Shown here piece after piece: positions 1 through 10,668 of a stretch of DNA of 64,000 nucleotides (its first letter is position 1; every line of letters starts with the position of its first letter). The stretch spans positions 40,634 to 104,633 of the forward strand of contig CAWJYY010000010.1 in assembly GCA_963847165.1 (NCBI GenBank), read 5' to 3'. Made by a program: the position numbers and the translations under genes. The notes under the pieces were generated by a model. It saw nothing but the letters and a program-made list of their open reading frames with translations. It was not told the DNA's origin and made no database searches. The DNA comes from an uncultured Pseudomonadota bacterium (lineage in GTDB: Bacteria; Pseudomonadota; Alphaproteobacteria; Caulobacterales; Aquidulcibacteraceae).

Positions 1-249
1 AAGGGGCTCAGCCTCTGTTTCTTGCAGGGCGCCGGATTGCCAGATCCATCCCGTCTGTTGAGAGGATCGGGGAAAGTCGTTCGAAGCATCCGACTTGAAA
101 CCGCAGAAACGCTCGATCGTCCGGAAGTCGCGGCGCTCGTCGCGGCGGCGTTGGCGCGAGCCAAGACGCCGATACCCGCAGGCGGCGGCCACCGTCTGAT
201 AATCAAGTCGGTTTCGGAAAAGCAGAGACCTCGGCGAGCCAAGGCATGA
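1..249 (+). CDS. DUF1801-like protein, C-terminal part (5' end outside the window)
   Basis: LCFLQGAGLPDPSRLLRGSGKVVRSIRL..LDRPEVAALV resembles DUF1801/YdhG C-termini. Confidence 0.6.
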   Translation, partial: KGLSLCFLQGAGLPDPSRLLRGSGKVVRSIRLETAETLDRPEVAALVAAALARAKTPIPAGGGHRLIIKSVSEKQRPRRAKA

Positions 250-378
250 AGGGCCAAGCCTCATGGAGAGCTTGCGGCGAGCATCTGGCGTGCGGGAAAG
301 CTCGGCGCCGCACTCTCCAGCGCAGCGTTTATGCGATCCGCTCGTGTCAGGAACCGCAGCGCAATCGACGCTATTCGA

Positions 379-539
379 TGCTCGGCGGCGTCACGCGCTC
401 GCTCTCGCGCGACTGCCCAATTCCAATCTTGATGTCGCACTGAGCGGCGCAGAACGGCCGGTGGCCGCAAAGTGAGAACAAAATCCGCCGATGCCGCACG
501 TGAGCCAAAGTCCACGTGCGGCGCCGGTCAGCCTTGTTC
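379..539. repeat. 161-bp inverted repeat, left copy (reverse complement of 1399-1559)
   Basis: tgctcggcggcg...gccttgttc is the reverse complement of gaacaaggc...cgccgagca; ORFs 261..515(-) and 1423..1983(+) share the same 46-aa start. Confidence 0.95.
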
Positions 540-1410
540 GACGCTTACCAGCTGGCGAAGTACGACCGCGACGGCGCCGTGCGTCTGCGCGATGTGCTGT
601 TCATCACGCACGCCAAGCCGAAGGACGCCGCCCAGGAAAAGGTCTGGAAGGAGCTGGTCGATGGCGCGCTTCAATCGGCGGACACCTGGGAGGTCGCCCT
701 CTCGGGCGGGGCCGATAAGAAGGAAACGTTCGAGCGCCTGATCGCCGACAAGAAGCTCGGCGCACTGGCGCTGCTGCGCAACCTTCGCGGCATGCAGCAC
801 GCGGGCGTGACCAAGAAGACGATCGGCAAGGCGCTCGACGACATGCGCACCGACCGTGTGCTGCCCTACCGCTTCATCGCGGCCGCACAGCACGCGCCGG
901 ACCTCGAGCCTGAGCTGGAGCACGCCATGTTTGCTTCTATCAAGGGCCACGCCAAGCTGAAGGGCAAGACGCGTCTTTTGGTGGACGTGTCGGGATCGAT
1001 GGACGGGCCTATGACTGCCGGGTCGGAGATGCGCCGTATCGATGCGGCGTGCGGGTTGGCGGTGCTCGCGCGCGAAATCGCCGAGGACGTGGAAATCTAC
1101 ACCTTCTCGAACGGCGTCAAGAAGGTCGCGCCGCGTCGTGGTTTCGCGTTGACGCGATGCGATCGTCTCGTCACAGCCGCACATGAACACCATGCTCGGC
1201 AAGGCAGTCGGCGAGGTCGATCAGAAGGGCGTGCGCCTAATCGTCTTCACCGACTAGCAAGCGCACGACGTTGTGCCGGCGCCGAAGGGCCTCGGCTACA
1301 TGATCAACGTCGCCTCCTACCAGCACGGCGTCGGCTTCGGCGACTGGCGGCGTGTGAACGGCTTTTCGGAAAAGATCCTCGATTGGATCATCAGCGTGGA
1401 ACAAGGCTGA
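537..1410 (+). pseudogene. TROVE/Ro60 (Rsr-like) RNA-binding protein with vWA domain, 5'-truncated
   Basis: FDAYQLAKY, DTWEVALS, LGALALLRNLR, LPYRFIAA, MIDAS motif VDVSGSM; frameshift near 1152; in-frame TAG at 1255-1257 (IVFTD*Q); N-terminus replaced by the inverted repeat. Confidence 0.85.
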
Positions 1411-1559
1411 CCGGCGCCGCACGTGGACTTTGGCTCACGTGCGGCATCGGCGGATTTTGTTCTCACTTTGCGGCCACCGGCCGTTCTGCGCCGCTCAGTG
1501 CGACATCAAGATTGGAATTGGGCAGTCGCGCGAGAGCGAGCGCGTGACGCCGCCGAGCA
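1399..1559. repeat. 161-bp inverted repeat, right (native) copy covering the convergent 3' ends of the TROVE and USP genes
   Basis: Direct comparison with 379-539. Confidence 0.95.
1411..1460. terminator. Hairpin between convergent TROVE and USP genes
   Basis: GCCGCACGTG-gactttggct-CACGTGCGGC stem followed by attttgt. Confidence 0.55.
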
Positions 1560-2314
1560 CGAGTTCCGCGAGGCGGCCATGTCCATAACCGCCCATGACG
1601 ATGAGATCGGCTTCGATCGCTTTGGCCTCATCGACAATCGCAGCTTCCGGGAAGCGGCCTTGTCCGGCGATGTTGCGAACCTCCACACGCGCACCGTCAC
1701 GGGCGAGATGGGCGGCGATGTCGCGCCCCGGGCCTTGGCCGTAGCCATTCGGCCGGGCATCGATGGTCAGCACCGTTACGCTCTTGGCTCCCTTGATGAA
1801 TGGAGCAGCGTCTGCAATTGCGCGCGAAGCTTCACGGGTCGGCTTCCAGGCGATCACGACGTTGTCGCCCAAGGCGTCGCGCGTCCACGATCGCGGGATA
1901 AGAATGACGGGCCGGCCCGACTTGAAGAGCGCGCCTTCAAAGGCGGCGGCGCTCAAGTCGGAATGCGGCGCCTGCATCACTGAAATGTCGACATGCATGG
2001 CGTGCTCGCCGACCCACTCATCGGCAAGCGCGCGCGGGGCCTCCAACGTTCGTAGTTCGGTATTGGCCTCAAGCCCTAGCATCTGCTTCTGAATCTTTTT
2101 CTCCTCGGCCGCGGCATTGGCGCGCGTTTGCTCAAGCACCTGCGGCCAGATCGCCGTCATCCCCGGGCCCGAGTTCGAGCAGCACCTCCGGCATTTCGAA
2201 GACGTGTAATACCGTGACGCGTCCAACGGTCTTGCCTGCGGCCAAGTCGGCGGCTCGCAAGACTTGCGCTTCCTGGCTAGAGGTCAAAATGGCGAGAACA
2301 TCACGATAGGGCAT
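1495..2314 (-). CDS. Universal stress protein (one frameshift near 2160)
   Basis: MPYRDVLAIL start; SGRPVILIP, VVIAWKPTREASRA, ADLIVMGGYGH..LGGVTRSL. Confidence 0.9.
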
Positions 2315-2366
2315 GAGAATTGTCCAGTCCGCGCCCGCACTTTCGCGCTCATCTCACAGAAGCGCT

Positions 2367-2380
2367 TTGATCGAACGCAA
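2367..2380. promoter_or_regulatory. FNR/FixK-type box upstream of the USP gene
   Basis: TTGA-TCGAAC-GCAA, 53-66 bp upstream of the ATG. Confidence 0.65.
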
Positions 2381-2400
2381 TCGCGCTTGAGGCGCGAAGA

Positions 2401-3405
2401 TCAATTTCCCGGAGGAACCAGCACGGCGGCGCCCTGAAGCTTGCCGTTCCGCAAATCGTCCAACGCTTCGTTTGCGCTTTCCAGGGGATAGGTCTTCACG
2501 CGCGTTTTGAGCCCGATCTTCGGCGCGAGCGCCAAGAAGGCGTCAGCATCGCCGCGGGTGAGATTGGCCACGGACTGGATCGAGCGCTCACCCCAGAGGA
2601 TCTCATAGGGGAACGACGGAATGGCGCTCATGTGAATGCCCGCGCAGACGACGCGGCCGCTTTTCTTGACGGCCTTCAACGCCGCCGGCACGAGCGGCCC
2701 CACCGGCGCATAGATAATGGCTGCATCGAGCGCTTCCGGCGGCGACTCTTCAGAGCCTCCGACCCATTCGGCGCCGCGTTCGCGGGCGAACGCTTGGCTC
2801 TCGAGATCGCCTGCGCGCGTGAACACGAAAACGCGCTGCCCGCGCGCAAGCGCCACTTGCAGGATTATGTGCCCAGCCGCGCCGAAGCCATATATGCCAA
2901 GCTTCTCGCCTTCGCCCGCGAACATGAGCGAACGCCAGCCAATAAGGCCGGCGCACATTAGCGGCGCGGTATGGGGGTCATCACCGATCTCGTGGACGAT
3001 CTCTGGGAGCGGATAAACAAATCGCGCATCGGCGATGACGTGCGTGGCGAAACCGCCGTCGCGCGTATAGCCCGTGAACGAGGGGGCATCGCAGAGATTT
3101 TCGCGTCCCGATCGGCAAAACTCGCACACGCCGCAGACGCCGCCGAGCCAACCAACGCCAACGCGTCGGCAGACCTCGAGCGCATCGACGCCAACGCCGA
3201 CACGATCGACCCAGCCTACAATCTCATGGCCAGGCGTGATCGGAGAAACGCGCGGCGGCAGTTCGCCGTCAACGATGTGAAGATCCGTGCGGCAGACCCC
3301 GCAGGCGGTCACGCGCAATCGAACTTCGCCAACGCTTGGTTCGGGGTCCGGCAAGATCTGCGCGACGAGCCGTTCGCCAGGGCGCGTGAGCCGCATCGCC
3401 AACAT
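2401..3405 (-). CDS. Zinc-dependent alcohol dehydrogenase (AdhP-like)
   Basis: CGVCRTDLH, GHEIVG, CGVCEFC..C structural Zn cluster, GIYGFGAAG. Confidence 0.93.
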   Translation of the reverse strand: MLAMRLTRPGERLVAQILPDPEPSVGEVRLRVTACGVCRTDLHIVDGELPPRVSPITPGHEIVGWVDRVGVGVDALEVCRRVGVGWLGGVCGVCEFCRSGRENLCDAPSFTGYTRDGGFATHVIADARFVYPLPEIVHEIGDDPHTAPLMCAGLIGWRSLMFAGEGEKLGIYGFGAAGHIILQVALARGQRVFVFTRAGDLESQAFARERGAEWVGGSEESPPEALDAAIIYAPVGPLVPAALKAVKKSGRVVCAGIHMSAIPSFPYEILWGERSIQSVANLTRGDADAFLALAPKIGLKTRVKTYPLESANEALDDLRNGKLQGAAVLVPPGN

Positions 3406-3616
3406 GCATCACCTCAAGCGCTGCTCATGCACCGGTCTTCGACCGGTGTGGGCCCAGTCTGGGGCTGCATGCGCACTTAGCAAGTTCTAACGACACCCCT
3501 AATCCGCTCAAAATCCCCACGCGCCTCCTCGGGAGCGGCCATAGCATGCATGAGCGGTTAGGGTGCGGCCGTGCGCAACGGCCCAAACACGATGGCGTCC
3601 AATTAGGCTAGCCGCC

Positions 3617-3630
3617 TTGATTTGGCTCAA
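3617..3630. promoter_or_regulatory. FNR/FixK-type box between divergent ADH and NUDIX genes
   Basis: TTGA-TTTGGC-TCAA. Confidence 0.65.
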
Positions 3631-3873
3631 CGCCCCGCCGACGGGGGTCGGCGCCGCCGATTGGCGCGGGCGGGGCGGCGAAGAGTGGACGCGGGCGCTC
3701 GGCGTGGCGCGCGGGCGGCACGGTTCTGGAATTGCGACGATTTTCGCCGCTATCTTCCGTCCGCTCCTCGCTGTCGCATATGAAAATCGGACACGACTGA
3801 GCGCCAGCTTCGGTATGCTCAGCGAGGTGGGCGCCAAGAGCCGCGAGCGCCGCCGCAAGGAAGGAAACGGCCA

Positions 3874-4338
3874 GTGGCGAAAACGACGAGCTGCGGTCTT
3901 CTCTCCTATACCCGCCTGCCGGAAGGGCTCGCGGTGCTTCTTGTTCATCCCGGCGGCCCCTATTGGCGCGGCAAGGACCTCGGCGCGTGGTCGATACCCA
4001 AAGGCGTCGCCGAGGATGGCGAAGACTTGCTCGCCGCCGCTCGGCGCGAGTTCAAGGAGGAGACCAATCTCGAGGCCCGCCCGCCATTTCTCGAGCTGAC
4101 CCCGCTCAAACAAAAGAGCGGCAAGACCATTCATTGCTGGGCCTTCGAAGGTGAGCACGACCTCGCTCGATTTAAGAGCGGCGCATTTACGCTTGAATGG
4201 CCGCCCCGCTCGGGAATGAATGTTGAATTTCCCGAAGTCGACGAAGCGCGCCGGTTTTTTCTGGAGGAGGCCCGCGCCAAGATCGTTCCGGGCCAAGCGC
4301 CCTTTATAGCCGAGTTGGAAAAAGCTTTGCGCGCTTGA
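3874..4338 (+). CDS. NUDIX hydrolase
   Basis: HPGGPYW..WSIPKG..GEDLLAAARREFKEETN Nudix box; FPEVD. Confidence 0.92.
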   Translation: MAKTTSCGLLSYTRLPEGLAVLLVHPGGPYWRGKDLGAWSIPKGVAEDGEDLLAAARREFKEETNLEARPPFLELTPLKQKSGKTIHCWAFEGEHDLARFKSGAFTLEWPPRSGMNVEFPEVDEARRFFLEEARAKIVPGQAPFIAELEKALRA

Positions 4339-4341
4339 GAC

Positions 4342-5544
4342 TCAAGGCCCGCCTTGTGGCGCAGCCGCGCTCATGGGCGCGAGCGCCCTGCACGCACGCA
4401 CAATAATCGCCTCCTCATCGGTCGGCAGCGTCAACACCGCCACTTTGCTCTCCGGTAGGCTGATCATCGGGCCGCCGCGCAAATTGGCGTCGTCATCGAG
4501 GCGAATCTCCAACCAATCCGCCGCCGCGCTGACCCGCGCGCGCACGTCCGCTGAGCCTTCGCCGATCCCAGCGGTGAACACCAATGCATCAAGCCCGCCG
4601 AGCGCCGCGGCTAGCGACCCAAGCTCTCGAGCGATGCGATAGACAAAGAGATCAATGGCTTCTCGCGCGCGCGCTGACTGGCTTGCAAGCAAGACGCGCA
4701 TGTCGTCACTTTCGCCTGAGACGCCTAGCAGCCCCGATTGTTGGTAAAGAAGCTGACTTACGTCATCTGCACTCATGCCCAATTGCTGCAGCAGATAAAG
4801 GACAATGCCCGGATCGAGCGAACCGCAACGCGTTCCCATAACAAGGCCGTCCAGAGCGCTGAACCCCATCGTGGTCGCAACGCTCTCCCGGCGGCGCATC
4901 GCACACATGCTGGCGCCGTGTCCGAGGTGGGCGACGACAATGCGCCCCTCCGCCTTTTCGCCCAGAAAATCCGGCAACACGCCTGCAATGTATTCATAGG
5001 ACAGGCCGTGAAAGCCATAACGTCGAACGCCCTGTTCGGTCATGGCGCGCGGCAGCCCAAAGGCCGTGGCGATGGCGGATTGGCTGGCGTGAAACGCCGT
5101 GTCGAAGCAGGCGACTTGGCGCAAGTTCGGACGCAGACGCGCGAGCGTTTCAATGGCGGCGATATTGTACGGCTGATGATAGGGGGCCATGGGGGAAAGC
5201 GCCGACAGACGCCTCAGGACCTCGGGCGTGACCACTGTTGGAGAGATAAAGACAGTCCCTCCGTGCACGACCCGGTGTCCCGCGCCCACGAGATCCTCGA
5301 TGAGGCTTCGCGCCGTCAGCCAATCGATGATCCGCGCCAACGCCTCAGCGTGCGTAAAAGGCGCCGCATCCTCTTGCATGACGAGCGTGTTCCCTGCGCC
5401 GTCTCTTGCGTGCAAACGCGATGATGCGCCGGCGCCCTCAAAAACACCGCGCACGCTCGCGCGCGACAGCGCGCTCGCCGCGTCATAGAGGGCGAACTTT
5501 ATGCTTGATGAACCGGCGTTGACGATCAGGAACACCGGCATCAT
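4342..5544 (-). CDS. ackA: Acetate/propionate kinase
   Basis: NAGSSSIK, GHRVVHGG, FDTAFH, YGFHGLSY, FTAGIGE, TDEE; ATGA overlap with the upstream gene. Confidence 0.95.
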   Translation of the reverse strand: MMPVFLIVNAGSSSIKFALYDAASALSRASVRGVFEGAGASSRLHARDGAGNTLVMQEDAAPFTHAEALARIIDWLTARSLIEDLVGAGHRVVHGGTVFISPTVVTPEVLRRLSALSPMAPYHQPYNIAAIETLARLRPNLRQVACFDTAFHASQSAIATAFGLPRAMTEQGVRRYGFHGLSYEYIAGVLPDFLGEKAEGRIVVAHLGHGASMCAMRRRESVATTMGFSALDGLVMGTRCGSLDPGIVLYLLQQLGMSADDVSQLLYQQSGLLGVSGESDDMRVLLASQSARAREAIDLFVYRIARELGSLAAALGGLDALVFTAGIGEGSADVRARVSAAADWLEIRLDDDANLRGGPMISLPESKVAVLTLPTDEEAIIVRACRALAPMSAAAPQGGP

Positions 5545-6932
5545 TGCACCGCCTTGGCGTTGCGATGCGCGAAAAGCTGCGCCAAAGCGCACGACGCCGT
5601 GCGCGCCAATACGCCATCGGCGCGGCTCGTCAACATGATCGGAACGCGAGCGCCAAGCACGAGACCGGCGGCGTCCGCGCCGGCGAGATAGATAAGCTGT
5701 TTTGCGAGGATGTTGCCCGACACCAGGTCTGGCGCCACTAAAATGTCGGCGTCGCCGGCGACGGGAGAGATGATGTGTTTCGCCTCGGCCGCCGTGCGCG
5801 AGATGGCGTTGTCAAAGGCCAGCGGGCCGTCCAGCAATCCGCCGACAATCTGTCCGCGATCGGCCATTTTGCAAAGCGCGGCGGCTTCGACGGTGGACTT
5901 CACGCGCGGATAAACCATCTCCACGGCGGAAAGGATTGCGACCTTCGGCGATTCTATGCCTATCGCGCGGGCTAGATCGATCGCGTTTTGCACAATGTCG
6001 CGTTTATCGTCCAAATCCGGCTCAATATTGATGGCGGCGTCGGTGACGAGCAGCGGCTTTGGGTAATTGGGCGTGTCAATCACGAAGACATGGCTCATAC
6101 GCCGCTCCGTGCGCAGACCCAATTGGGCGTCCACGACGGCGCTCATCAACTCGTCAGTATGCAAGGCGCCCTTCATAAGCGCGCGCACGCGTCCGTCACG
6201 GGCCATGACGACGGCGGCGGCGGCGGCGGCGTGACTGTGCGGCGCGTCGACGAGCTCGTAACCGTCGAGCGACACGCCCGCACCCGCCGCCGCCGCCTTG
6301 ATCTTCTGCACCGGCCCCACCAGGATTGGCGTGATCAAACCAAGCTTGGCGGCTTCGAGCGCGCCTTCGAGCGCAATGGCGTCGCAGGGGTGCACGACCG
6401 CCGTGCGAATGGGCGGGTTCGCGCGCGCCGCCGCCACCAACGCGTCAAAATGCTTGCCTCGTTCGTGCAAATGAACCTCAGCCAAAGCCGCGCGCGGACG
6501 TCGGACCTTTTCTGAAGGCGCGACCACCTCGGCCTCACCGGCGATAACGATTTCACCTTTTTGGTTCACGCACTCGCAGTCCAGAACGACACGCCGTTCT
6601 GGACGCTTTTCGCTTACTCGCACGCGAACGGTGATGGTTTCGCCGAGGCCGACAGGTTTGCCAAAGCGGAGGGATTGGCTTACGTAGATTGTTCCCGGAC
6701 CGGGCAATTCCGACCCAAGCAACGCCGAGATCAGCGATCCGCCCCACATGCCGTGGGCGATGACGCGCTGAAACACGTCGGCGCCGGCGTATTCGGTGTC
6801 GACATGCTCTGGATTGATGTCGCCAGACATCACTGCAAACAGCTCGATATCGTGCTTGCGTAGAGTGCGCGTCAGCTCCGCGCTATCGCCGACGTCAATC
6901 TCGTCAAAGGTTTTGTTTTCGATATACCGCAT
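5541..6932 (-). CDS. Bifunctional MaoC-type enoyl-CoA hydratase / phosphate acetyl(butyryl)transferase
   Basis: N-terminal SGDINPEH..IAHGM hot-dog domain; C-terminal MKGALHT, TDAAINI, DGPLAFDNA, LTSRAD. Confidence 0.93.
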   Translation of the reverse strand: MRYIENKTFDEIDVGDSAELTRTLRKHDIELFAVMSGDINPEHVDTEYAGADVFQRVIAHGMWGGSLISALLGSELPGPGTIYVSQSLRFGKPVGLGETITVRVRVSEKRPERRVVLDCECVNQKGEIVIAGEAEVVAPSEKVRRPRAALAEVHLHERGKHFDALVAAARANPPIRTAVVHPCDAIALEGALEAAKLGLITPILVGPVQKIKAAAAGAGVSLDGYELVDAPHSHAAAAAAVVMARDGRVRALMKGALHTDELMSAVVDAQLGLRTERRMSHVFVIDTPNYPKPLLVTDAAINIEPDLDDKRDIVQNAIDLARAIGIESPKVAILSAVEMVYPRVKSTVEAAALCKMADRGQIVGGLLDGPLAFDNAISRTAAEAKHIISPVAGDADILVAPDLVSGNILAKQLIYLAGADAAGLVLGARVPIMLTSRADGVLARTASCALAQLFAHRNAKAVQ

Positions 6933-6993
6933 GGTGGGGCCGCTGGTCGCCGGATTTGGCGATGTCTTATGATGGGTCCGGTTGGGAAGCATT

Positions 6994-7007
6994 CTGATCC
7001 GGATCAA
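6994..7007. promoter_or_regulatory. FNR/FixK-type box between divergent pta and xfp
   Basis: TTGAT-CCGG-ATCAG on the minus strand (one mismatch to TTGAT-N4-ATCAA). Confidence 0.65.
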
Positions 7008-7023
7008 GAGGGATTGCTAGCAA

Positions 7024-8134
7024 ATGGCCGACGCTCCAGGTTCCGACGACTTCGCCAGTTTGCCGCCTACTGGCGCGCCGCGAACTATTTATCGGTCGGG
7101 TAGATTTATCTTCGCGACAATCCACTGCTGCGTGAAACCGCTGACGCTCCAGCACATCAAGCCGCGCGTGCTCGGCCACTGGGGCACGACCCCTGCGCTA
7201 AACTTTCTCTACGGACACCTCAACCGCGTGATCAAGCGACGCGATCTCAACATGAACTATATCATTGGTCCAGGGCACGGGGGCCCAGCGCTCGTCGCTC
7301 AATCCTAGCTCGAGGTTCTTACACGAGCGCTATCCCCCCATTGAAAGAAACCTCGCCGCTTGCGGCGACTATTTCGCCAGTTCTCGTGGCCTTATGGCGT
7401 GCCAAGCCATGTGTGCGCCTGAGACCCCTCGGTTCAATTCACGAAGGAGGCGAACTTGGCTACTCGCTCGCGCACGCCTATGGCGCCGCGTTCGACAATC
7501 CCGATCTGATCGTCGCCTGCATTGTCGGCGATGGCGAGGCCGAGACCGGGCCGCTGGCCGCGAGTTGGCATTCAAACAAATTCCTAAACCCGGCGCGTGA
7601 TGGCGCGGTGCTGCCGATCCTGCACTTGAACGGATACAAGATCGCCAATCCCACGGTGCTCGCGCGCATCGGCGATGAAGAATTGCTCATGCTCATGCGC
7701 GGTTACGGCTATGACCCCCGCATCGTTGCGGGAAACGATCCAGCGCCCGTGCATCGCGCTTTGGCTGCTGAGCTCGATTGGGCGATCTCGAAGATCGACG
7801 ACATCCAACATGCAGCGCGCCCGTGATCTTCGCCTTTCACGGTTATCGGGCGCTCATCCACAAACTCACTTACAAGCGAGGCAATCACGACAACATGCAT
7901 GTCCGTAGCTATAAGGAGGAAGGCACGACAACGACGCCGTTTGATATGGTGGTGCTCAACGACCTCGACCGCTATCGCCTAGCGCTGGACGCGATCGAGC
8001 GCATCCCTCGGCAAGAGGGTGAGATCGAAGGCGCTCGCGCGCGCTATTGGGACACCAGGGAGCGCCACAAACTCTACATCGGTGAATACGGTGAAGACAT
8101 GCCGGAGGCGCGCAATTGGCGCTGGCGGCGCTAA
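7024..8134 (+). pseudogene. xfp: Phosphoketolase (Xfp), internally deleted
   Basis: [52 protein letters not shown], then a jump at about 7820 to C-terminal [19 protein letters not shown]; TAG at 7101 and 7306. Confidence 0.92.
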
Positions 8135-8178
8135 TGGCGCCGCCTCGTCCGCTCGCTCTCTCCCGATTGGTTTCTCGC

Positions 8179-9066
8179 CTAGGGGGCTAGGTCGAGATAG
8201 TTGGCGAGCGCCGCTTTCGCTGCTGGCTCGTCAAGCATCGGCGCGTGACCCACGCCCGTGATCTCGGCGACGATGGCCTTGGGGGCCAAACGTTGCATTT
8301 GTCGAAGCGTGCGCAAATCCAATATGTCGGAAAACGCTCCGCGAACGATGAGCAGCGGGCCGCATCGACTCAATCGTTTGTAGGCGCCCCAGACCAAAGG
8401 CGCCGTAAGCCAGAGAACGAACGGATGCACCCTTCTAAAGATGAGCGGATCGTAATCGAGCACTGGCGTTCCGTTCTCTTCCTTGAAGAGACGCCGCGCC
8501 ATCACCGACCATCTCTCGTCGTCATAGGTTGGAAAGGCGACCCCGTTGACCTGTTTGACGTAGGCTAATGCATCGGCCCACGTCCGCACCGGCGTAGTCT
8601 TGCCGACATAGCTGGCGATGCGTCGAAGCCCGGCGCTCGCCACGCGCGGCCCCACATCATTGAGCACCGCGCCTCCAATCAGATCGGGGCTGCGGGCCGC
8701 AAGCGACATCGTCACCAAGCCTCCAAGCGAGGTGCCCACGAATAAGGCTTGTGACGCGCCAATCGAATGCAACAGCGATGCGATATCGTCGGCGTATACA
8801 TTTGGCTGATAGCGACGCCGGTCTGGGTCCCGATCAGATTGTCCTCGCCCTCGCAGATCGACGGCAAGCACACGCCTGCCCCTCGCCGCCATCCAAGGGG
8901 CCAAGTCCTCGAAGTCGCGACAATTGCGCGTGAGCCCCGGGATGCACACGACCGGCAGTTTGGCTTGCGCGGCGCCATAATCGCGTGCGTGCAATCGCAG
9001 CCCGTCTGGCGATGTCCAGAAAAGGTCCTCAAACACAGCCACGCTCTTGTCGACCACAACACTCAT
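8179..9066 (-). CDS. Alpha/beta hydrolase
   Basis: CIPGLTRN, DLRGRGQS, GTSLGG nucleophile, GHAPML. Confidence 0.9.
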   Translation of the reverse strand: MSVVVDKSVAVFEDLFWTSPDGLRLHARDYGAAQAKLPVVCIPGLTRNCRDFEDLAPWMAARGRRVLAVDLRGRGQSDRDPDRRRYQPNVYADDIASLLHSIGASQALFVGTSLGGLVTMSLAARSPDLIGGAVLNDVGPRVASAGLRRIASYVGKTTPVRTWADALAYVKQVNGVAFPTYDDERWSVMARRLFKEENGTPVLDYDPLIFRRVHPFVLWLTAPLVWGAYKRLSRCGPLLIVRGAFSDILDLRTLRQMQRLAPKAIVAEITGVGHAPMLDEPAAKAALANYLDLAP

Positions 9067-10615
9067 GGCGGTGACCCTTCGCTGACGCTCCAATAGGGTG
9101 CGCGCAGCTCTCGTTTCAAGAGTTTCCCGTTGGCGTTGCGCGGCAACGACTGACGGCGCTCCACGACATGCAAGCGCTGCTGTTTGCCGAGCCTCTTGTT
9201 GGCCCAGTCGCACAACGTCGCGACATCCAGTTCCGATCGTTCGCGCAACACCACAAGGGCGAGCGGGGTCTCCCCCAGCTTTCGCTGGGAATGCCGAACA
9301 CGGCGCAATCGACCACGTCAGGGTGGCCAAACAAGACAGCCTCGAGATCGGCGGGATAAACGTTTTGCCCGCCGGAGATGATCATGTCCTTCTTGCGGTC
9401 GGTTATGTAGAGATACCCCTCAGCGTCCAAGCGACCGATATCTCCCGATCGCAGCCAATGTCTGCCCTCGCCATCAATCCAAAATGCTTCCGTCGTCGCC
9501 TCCGGCCGGTTCCAATACCCCTCCATCGCAAAGCGGCTGAGCGCCACCACCTCGCCCGGCTCTCCAGACGCCGCCGGCTTGTCGTTTGCATCCAATATCG
9601 CCAGGTCTTCGCCAGGCAACGGCCGGCCGACAGACGCCATTCGATTGCGCGCTTCTTCCGGCGCCAGCGTTGTTATGATGCCCTCGGTCGAGCCATAGAG
9701 TTCGATTACCCCGCAAGCGAATTTCTCGAACAAAGCCTGCTTGATATGCAACGGCAGCGGCGAACCGCAACACATCATGGCTTGAAGCGAGGTGAGATCG
9801 TGCTCATCAAATTCCGGGTGCAGCAATAGGCGCTGATACTGGACGGGCACCAACGACATGTGGGTTATGCGCTCGCGCTCAATCGTCTTCAGCACATCGA
9901 GCGCATCGAAGCTGTTGCGAATGACCAGCGTTCCGCCCAACAATAGCGTCGGCAGCATGCCCGCCCAGCTGATATTGGAATACAATCCCGTCGCAATCAA
10001 AAGTCGGGCGCCGCTATTGTAGCGCAACGCGTGCGCAAGATCGTGCGTCCAGTCCAATCGAGCGCCGTGGGTGTGGGTGATGCCCTTCGGCTGACCGGTG
10101 GTGCCGGATGAATAGATAATATTGCAGACGGTGTCGCGCGTGAGCGCGAAGCGTGGCGGCTCCGCCGCCTGTGCCTCTCGCCAATCCGTGTAGGCGCGCC
10201 ATCCCTTGGGCGACGCCGCTTCGCCGCCGCTGACAAGGCGAAGGCGCAACTTCTTGAGGACGTCGGCGCGAATGCGCTCGCGGTGCTCTTCGGTGACGGC
10301 GACGACTTTGACATCGGCATCGTCGAGCATGGCCTCAATGGCGTCGTCGCCGATTGTTGGATTAAGCGGCGCCACAGCCGCCCCGGCCTTGATCGCGCCG
10401 ATCAAAACCTCCGCCATCGCAGCGCCGTTGCTCATGATAATGGCGACGCGATCGCCTTTCTCGCAGCCCGCGCTCACCAGGCCGTTTGCGACCTGATTGG
10501 TTCGACAATTGAATGTCCGCCAATCTATCGACGCATGCGAGTCAATGACCGCGGGATGCTTGGAGCGCCAGCGGCCGTGAAGGCTAACGATGTCCGGAAG
10601 GAGCATGTCCTGCAT
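9063..10615 (-). CDS. Acyl-CoA synthetase / AMP-dependent ligase (frameshift near 9280)
   Basis: YSSGTTGQPKG, YGSTEG, SGDIG, DRKKDMIISGGQNVYP, LPRNANGK. Confidence 0.92.
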
Positions 10616-10668
10616 CGCGTCGCACCGCGAGGGATCGCAGGGGTAGTCCCCTGCGATCCGTCTGACGA

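Noticed and set aside
250-540. Y RNA next to the Ro60 remnant
   Set aside because: The hairpins here belong to the duplicated terminator region; no tRNA-like or Y-RNA features are recognisable by eye.
1423-1983. ORFs 261..515(-) and 1423..1983(+) with identical N-termini
   Set aside because: Shadow frames produced by the inverted repeat, antisense to the USP gene.
3406-3873. ORFs 3508..4296(-) and 3563..4099(+)
   Set aside because: No recognisable motifs, overlap the NUDIX gene, and the region holds a regulatory box.
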